Shown here: piece by piece, positions 7,641 through 11,817 of the stretch
Layout of the letters: each line of letters begins with the position of its first letter
How positions within the stretch are numbered: position 1 is the first letter of the stretch
Assembly: GCA_034723415.1 (NCBI GenBank)
Contig: JAYEOX010000053.1
Location: 6,193-18,009, forward strand
Source: Fidelibacterota bacterium
GTDB lineage: Bacteria; Fidelibacterota; Fidelibacteria; Fidelibacterales; Fidelibacteraceae
Length of the DNA: 11,817 bases
Direction: 5' to 3'
Translations under genes and position numbers: made by a program
Notes under the pieces: model-generated
Told to the model about the DNA's origin: nothing
What the model saw: the letters and a program-made list of their open reading frames with translations, nothing else
The model's database searches: none

Positions 7641-9122
7641 TTATTCCTCCCAATTAAGTGATCGTTTTACGGCTTTTTGCCATTGATTATATATTTTTTT
7701 TCTTTTATTTTCGGGCATATTTGATTTCCAAACATGTCTTTCTTTCCAATATTTCTGCAATTCATTTTCGTCTTTCCAAAAGCCAACTGCAAGTCCCGCC
7801 ACATAAGCAGCTCCAAGTGCAGTTGTTTCAGTAATACTTGATAAAACTACAGACGCATTTATAATATCTGCCTGAAACTGCATTAACAATTTGCTTGCAG
7901 TCATTCCACCATCAACTTTCAGTTTTTTAATATCCAATCCTGAATCCTTCTGCATCGCTTCAAATACATCACGAGTTTGAAAAGCAGTTGCTTCCAAAAC
8001 TGAACGGGCAAGGTGAGATTTATTCACAAAATGTGTAAGTCCAATAATTGTTCCTCGTGCCGATGAATTCCAATGCGGTGCAAAAAGTCCGGAGAATGCC
8101 GGAACAAAATAAACTCCACCATTATCCTCTACTCTTTCTGCAAGTTCATTAATTTCATTAGATTCTGTTATCAGTTCAAAATTATCACGAATCCATTGAA
8201 TTAATGAACCGGCAATTGCAACCGAACCTTCCAAAGCATAAATCGGTTTTTGATCTTTAATTTGGTAACCGACAGTTGTCAGTAATCCATTTTTTGAATG
8301 AACAATTTCATTTCCGGTATTAAGTAAAATAAAGCATCCTGTGCCATAAGTGTTTTTAACATCTCCTTTTTTGAAACATGTTTGACCAAAAAGTGCAGCT
8401 TGTTGATCTCCGAGAATTCCTGAAATTGGGATCTCATTTCCAAAACCGATTTTTGTCTTTCCATAAATTTCCGAAGATGAACAAATTTTCGGCAACATTT
8501 TTCGTGGAATATTAAAAATTTCTAACAATTCATCATCCCAATCAAGCATCTTCAAATCCATCAACATCGTTCGACTTGCATTGGTTACATCTGTTATATG
8601 TTTTCCATTAGTTAAATTCCAAATAATCCAACTATCCATATTTCCAAATATTGCATCACCATTTTCAACAGCTTTACGAAGTCCCTTTACATTATCCAAA
8701 AGCCATTTAATTTTTGGACCAGAAAAATATGTAGCAATTGGAAGCCCTGTCTTTCTTTTGAATAATTCTTCATCGTTTTTTAGAGATTGACAAATTTTAT
8801 CCGTTCTCGTATCTTGCCAAACAATAGCATTGTAATATGGTTTGCCTGTTTTCTTGTTCCAAATAACTGTTGTCTCTCGTTGATTTGTAATTCCAATTGC
8901 AACAATTTGACTTGATGAGATTCTCGCTTTCTGCAAAGTAATTTTTATAACTTTTTTCGTATTATCCCAAATTTCAATTGGATCATGTTCAACCCAACCC
9001 GCTTTTGGAAAAATCTGTTTATGTTCAAGCTGATGAGAAGCTACTATATTACTTTCGTGATTAAATACGACAAATTTTGTACTCGTTGTTCCTTGATCAA
9101 TTGCTCCAATAAATTTTTTCAT
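7641..9122 (-). CDS. glpK: Glycerol kinase, 493 aa
   Basis: FGGY-family/GlpK motifs [75 protein letters not shown] and VDGGM. Confidence 0.97.
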   Translation of the reverse strand: MKKFIGAIDQGTTSTKFVVFNHESNIVASHQLEHKQIFPKAGWVEHDPIEIWDNTKKVIKITLQKARISSSQIVAIGITNQRETTVIWNKKTGKPYYNAIVWQDTRTDKICQSLKNDEELFKRKTGLPIATYFSGPKIKWLLDNVKGLRKAVENGDAIFGNMDSWIIWNLTNGKHITDVTNASRTMLMDLKMLDWDDELLEIFNIPRKMLPKICSSSEIYGKTKIGFGNEIPISGILGDQQAALFGQTCFKKGDVKNTYGTGCFILLNTGNEIVHSKNGLLTTVGYQIKDQKPIYALEGSVAIAGSLIQWIRDNFELITESNEINELAERVEDNGGVYFVPAFSGLFAPHWNSSARGTIIGLTHFVNKSHLARSVLEATAFQTRDVFEAMQKDSGLDIKKLKVDGGMTASKLLMQFQADIINASVVLSSITETTALGAAYVAGLAVGFWKDENELQKYWKERHVWKSNMPENKRKKIYNQWQKAVKRSLNWEE

Positions 9123-9377
9123 TTTCTTTATCCCTACAGATCAGATTATCATTTTTGAAATAACATTTTTTCAAATTCTTTATTATTTCCTTTAAACAAA
9201 CATAATTTACAATATTTTTTATCAAATTATTATGAGAAAACCAAATAAAATCATAATAATCCTTCCTTTTTGATTGTATTATTTACAACCAATCATTAGA
9301 TTATATCATTATTTTTATTACTAAAAAAATATATAAAAAGACAATCAAATAAAAAAACATCTAGGAAAAATATACTT

Positions 9378-10967
9378 ATGACAAAACAAATAAAATTTAA
9401 TGATTTTGGATTTTCAGATACAACATTAAAAGCAATAAACAAAAAAGGATTTGAAGAACCGACTGAAATCCAAGCAATAGTAATCCCAATAATGTTAGAG
9501 GACAAAGAAAATATTATTGCTCAAGCGCAAACTGGTACTGGGAAAACTGCCGCTTTTGGGCTGCCTTTGATAGAAATGGTTAATACAAGCTATAAAACAA
9601 CCCAAGCAATAATTATAACACCAACTCGTGAACTTGCTATTCAGGTGGCAGAAGAAATTAATTCTCTTAAAGGAAAGAAGAAAATTGTTGTTATTCCAAT
9701 TTACGGTGGACAATCCATTGACCAACAATTACGGAAATTAAAAAAAGGTGTACATATTGTAGTTGGAACTCCGGGTAGAATGATTGATCATTTAAAAAGG
9801 AAAACATTAAAACTCAATATGATTGAACATTTAATACTCGATGAAGCAGATGAAATGTTGAATATGGGATTCATTGAAGATATTGAAAAAATAATGGAGT
9901 TTACAAATCCCAATAAAAGAACATTATTGTTTTCAGCAACAATTCCACAAAAAATCAGACAGCTTGCAAGTAAATATATGAATGGATATAAACTTCTTAC
10001 GGTAAAGAAAAAGCAACTTGCTACTGATCTTACAGAACAGATATATTTTGAAGTAAAAGCATTAGATAAATTTGAAGCACTTTGTAGAATAATTGATATT
10101 GAAGACAATTTTTATAGTTTAATCTTTTGTAGAACAAAGCGAGATGTGGATACCGTTGTAATACATTTAAAAGATAGAGGATATGATGTTGAGGCGATTC
10201 ATGGAGATATTACACAACCACAAAGAGAAAGAACTCTCGCAAAATTTAGGAAACAAAAAATAAATATTCTTGTTGCAACAGATGTTGCAGCTCGTGGAAT
10301 TGATGTTGATAATCTTACACATGTTATAAATTATTCTTTACCACAAGATCCGGAATCATATATTCACAGAATTGGTCGTACAGGAAGAGCCGGAAATAAA
10401 GGAACGGCAATTACATTTATAACTCCAAGTGAATTCAAAAAGCTGATGTATATAAAACGAGTAGTTAAAACGGATATGAAAAAATCGAAATTACCAAATG
10501 TAAAAGACATTCTCATTGCAAAAAAGAAAAAAATTTTTAGTGATATAAATAATATTATTGGAAAAGAACATGATACTGAATATTATAATTTAGCAAAACT
10601 ATTACTCGAAAGAAACAATCCAACGAAATTGGTTTCTGCAATACTTAATTATTGTTTTGAAAAAGAATTAAACCCTAAATATTATGGTAAAATTAAAGAT
10701 GTTGGCAGAAAAGGAAGTCAACTCGACCAACACGGGAAAACACGACTTTTTGTAGCTCTTGGTAAGAAAGATAAAATGACAAAAAAAACACTTGTGAAAC
10801 TTATTATGAGTAAAGTGTCAATAAATCCTAACGACATAAAAGATATATCTATAATGAATAAATTTTCTTTTATTACTGTTTCTTTTGATCAAGCAGAACA
10901 AATAGTTTCTAGCTTTAAGGAAAGAGGTCGAAGATCACTGATAGCACATGCGAAAAGTGGAAGATAA
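9378..10967 (+). CDS. deaD: DEAD-box ATP-dependent RNA helicase (DeaD/CsdA/CshA-like) with C-terminal DbpA-type RNA-binding domain, 529 aa
   Basis: Q motif GFEEPTEIQ, AQTGTGKT, PTRELA, GTPGR, DEAD, SAT, ATDVAARGID and HRIGRTGRAG. C-terminal RLFVALGKKDK...FSFITV segment. AGGA upstream. The exact subfamily symbol is tentative. Confidence 0.93.
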   Translation: MTKQIKFNDFGFSDTTLKAINKKGFEEPTEIQAIVIPIMLEDKENIIAQAQTGTGKTAAFGLPLIEMVNTSYKTTQAIIITPTRELAIQVAEEINSLKGKKKIVVIPIYGGQSIDQQLRKLKKGVHIVVGTPGRMIDHLKRKTLKLNMIEHLILDEADEMLNMGFIEDIEKIMEFTNPNKRTLLFSATIPQKIRQLASKYMNGYKLLTVKKKQLATDLTEQIYFEVKALDKFEALCRIIDIEDNFYSLIFCRTKRDVDTVVIHLKDRGYDVEAIHGDITQPQRERTLAKFRKQKINILVATDVAARGIDVDNLTHVINYSLPQDPESYIHRIGRTGRAGNKGTAITFITPSEFKKLMYIKRVVKTDMKKSKLPNVKDILIAKKKKIFSDINNIIGKEHDTEYYNLAKLLLERNNPTKLVSAILNYCFEKELNPKYYGKIKDVGRKGSQLDQHGKTRLFVALGKKDKMTKKTLVKLIMSKVSINPNDIKDISIMNKFSFITVSFDQAEQIVSSFKERGRRSLIAHAKSGR

Positions 10968-10982
10968 AAAATAAATTTACTA

Positions 10983-11198
10983 CTAGCAAACCATTCCAAT
11001 AAATTAAAAGACAAGTGGCATATTAAAAGTAATAGCAACAATTGCATCACCACTGATTCTACCGATAAAAGCCATATCAACGATTCCATATACTATTTGA
11101 ATTGACATACCAAGCATTATTGGAATTGACAATTGCCAAACTGCTCTATGTGGATTTTTCACAAACTTATCTATTCTTTTTAATTTTTGAATTCCCAT
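10983..11198 (-). pseudogene. N-terminal remnant of a MATE family efflux transporter
   Basis: The translation NPHRAVWQLSIPIMLGMSIQIVYGIVDMAFIGRISGDAIVAITFNMPLVF is a typical MATE TM1-TM2 start. In-frame TAA at 11006-11004 is followed by FIGMVC and TAG (10985-10983). About 70 codons remain, versus about 450 aa for an intact MATE. Confidence 0.85.
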
Positions 11199-11290
11199 AT
11201 ATTAATGTTACGATTTTTTCCTTTCTTTTTCAATAATAAAATTATATACTATTGGCTATGAAATTTTTAATAAAAACAAGGAGAATTAAG

Positions 11291-11817
11291 TTGAAAAAAA
11301 TATTATTAATCGCATTGTCAATAACCTTACTTTCATTATTTGCCGGTTGTGATGATACAAACAAAGTGAAACCAGACCAAAAACAAGTAACAGAGAAAAC
11401 TGACAAAATCCAAAAAGCTAAGAATGAATCAAATATTGTTGAAGATTCTGACAAAAAAACAATTAAAGTTAAAGAAGACAGAACTGTTTATAAATCAAAT
11501 CCTAAAGAATGGTATGGTTTTCAAGAGGGATTAAAAATAGCAGAACAAGAAGATAAACATATAGTAATTGATTTTTATGCCGATTGGTGTAAATGGTGTA
11601 AAGTTATGGAAGAAAAGACATTTTCAGTACCGAAAGTGGAAAAATATTTATTTGAAAACTTTGTGCCGATCCGTGTAAATACTGAACTTAATGACCAAAT
11701 AACTTTCCAAGGGAAAACATTTTCCAAGCGTCAGCTCAGTGGTGCATTCGGTGTAAAAGGATTACCTTCATTAGCTTTTTTAACATCTAAACAGGAAATG
11801 GTTACACTAATTCCCGG
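11291..11817 (+). CDS. Thioredoxin-fold lipoprotein (Thioredoxin_2/SoxW-like), 3' end beyond the window
   Basis: Not in the ORF track. RBS AAGGAG at 11278-11283, TTG start, signal peptide MKKILLIALSITLLSLFAG-C20 (lipobox), charged linker, then HIVIDFYADWCKWCKVME (CxxC at 11588-11599) and FGVKGLPSLAF (cis-Pro loop). The frame is open to the window edge. Confidence 0.9.
   Translation, partial: MKKILLIALSITLLSLFAGCDDTNKVKPDQKQVTEKTDKIQKAKNESNIVEDSDKKTIKVKEDRTVYKSNPKEWYGFQEGLKIAEQEDKHIVIDFYADWCKWCKVMEEKTFSVPKVEKYLFENFVPIRVNTELNDQITFQGKTFSKRQLSGAFGVKGLPSLAFLTSKQEMVTLIP

Noticed and set aside
7639..7653. TTG start at 7653 for the esterase
   Set aside because: The extra codons (MGGII) are the RBS and spacer for ATG 7638, and they overlap glpK.
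8279..8790. ORFs 8279..8464 (-) and 8581..8790 (+)
   Set aside because: Alternative-frame or antisense ORFs inside glpK.
9296..10108. ORFs 9296..9505, 9495..9728 and 9788..10108 (-)
   Set aside because: Antisense shadows of the A-rich helicase gene; their hydrophobicity is a compositional artefact.
9378..10967. Helicase as part of a defence system
   Set aside because: Canonical DeaD/CshA-like architecture with a DbpA-type domain and no nuclease partner.
11004..11006. Stop-codon readthrough or recoding in the MATE fragment
   Set aside because: The codon is TAA, a second stop follows seven codons later, and the rest of the gene is absent. Other genes here use TAA, TAG and TGA as normal stops.
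10889..11089. 66-aa ORF (-) as a frameshifted continuation of the MATE gene
   Set aside because: Its translation is not MATE-like and it runs antisense into the helicase. The MATE-like residues continue in the original frame.
11242..11454. 70-aa ORF (-), and the in-frame upstream ATG at 11258 for the thioredoxin
   Set aside because: The minus ORF is antisense to the lipoprotein gene. ATG 11258 lacks an RBS, whereas TTG 11291 has AAGGAG and gives a canonical signal peptide.
1..11817. CRISPR arrays, tRNA/rRNA genes, IS elements, tandem DNA repeats
   Set aside because: None seen by eye. Intergenic regions are short and AT-rich with no regularly spaced repeats. A covariance-model search was not possible.

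Overview
AT-rich bacterial chromosomal window (roughly 30% GC by eye, not computed). It uses standard code 11 and has clear AAGGAG-type ribosome-binding sites. Left to right: (-) M18 family aminopeptidase, directly downstream of (-) a 1115-aa polytopic membrane protein with a CPBP (CAAX/Abi-type) intramembrane protease domain; (+) a divergent Cys-rich DUF6901-like protein; a tightly packed (-) operon of glycerol kinase, monoacylglycerol-lipase-like esterase and RlmL-like rRNA methyltransferase; (+) a DEAD-box RNA helicase with a DbpA-type C-terminal domain; (-) a short pseudogenised N-terminal remnant of a MATE transporter; and (+) a thioredoxin-fold (CKWC) lipoprotein that runs off the right edge and is missing from the ORF track. 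I saw no RNA genes, CRISPR array, integrase or transposase. Most content is housekeeping or metabolic. The best candidate for an uncharacterised system is the giant CPBP protein. It appears to be a whole-gene tandem duplication with one catalytic half, one degenerate half and four PepSY-like ectodomain units, and it is apparently co-transcribed with an aminopeptidase. It shares a divergent promoter region, containing an FNR-like box, with the Cys-rich gene. All family assignments come from motif recognition, not database searches.
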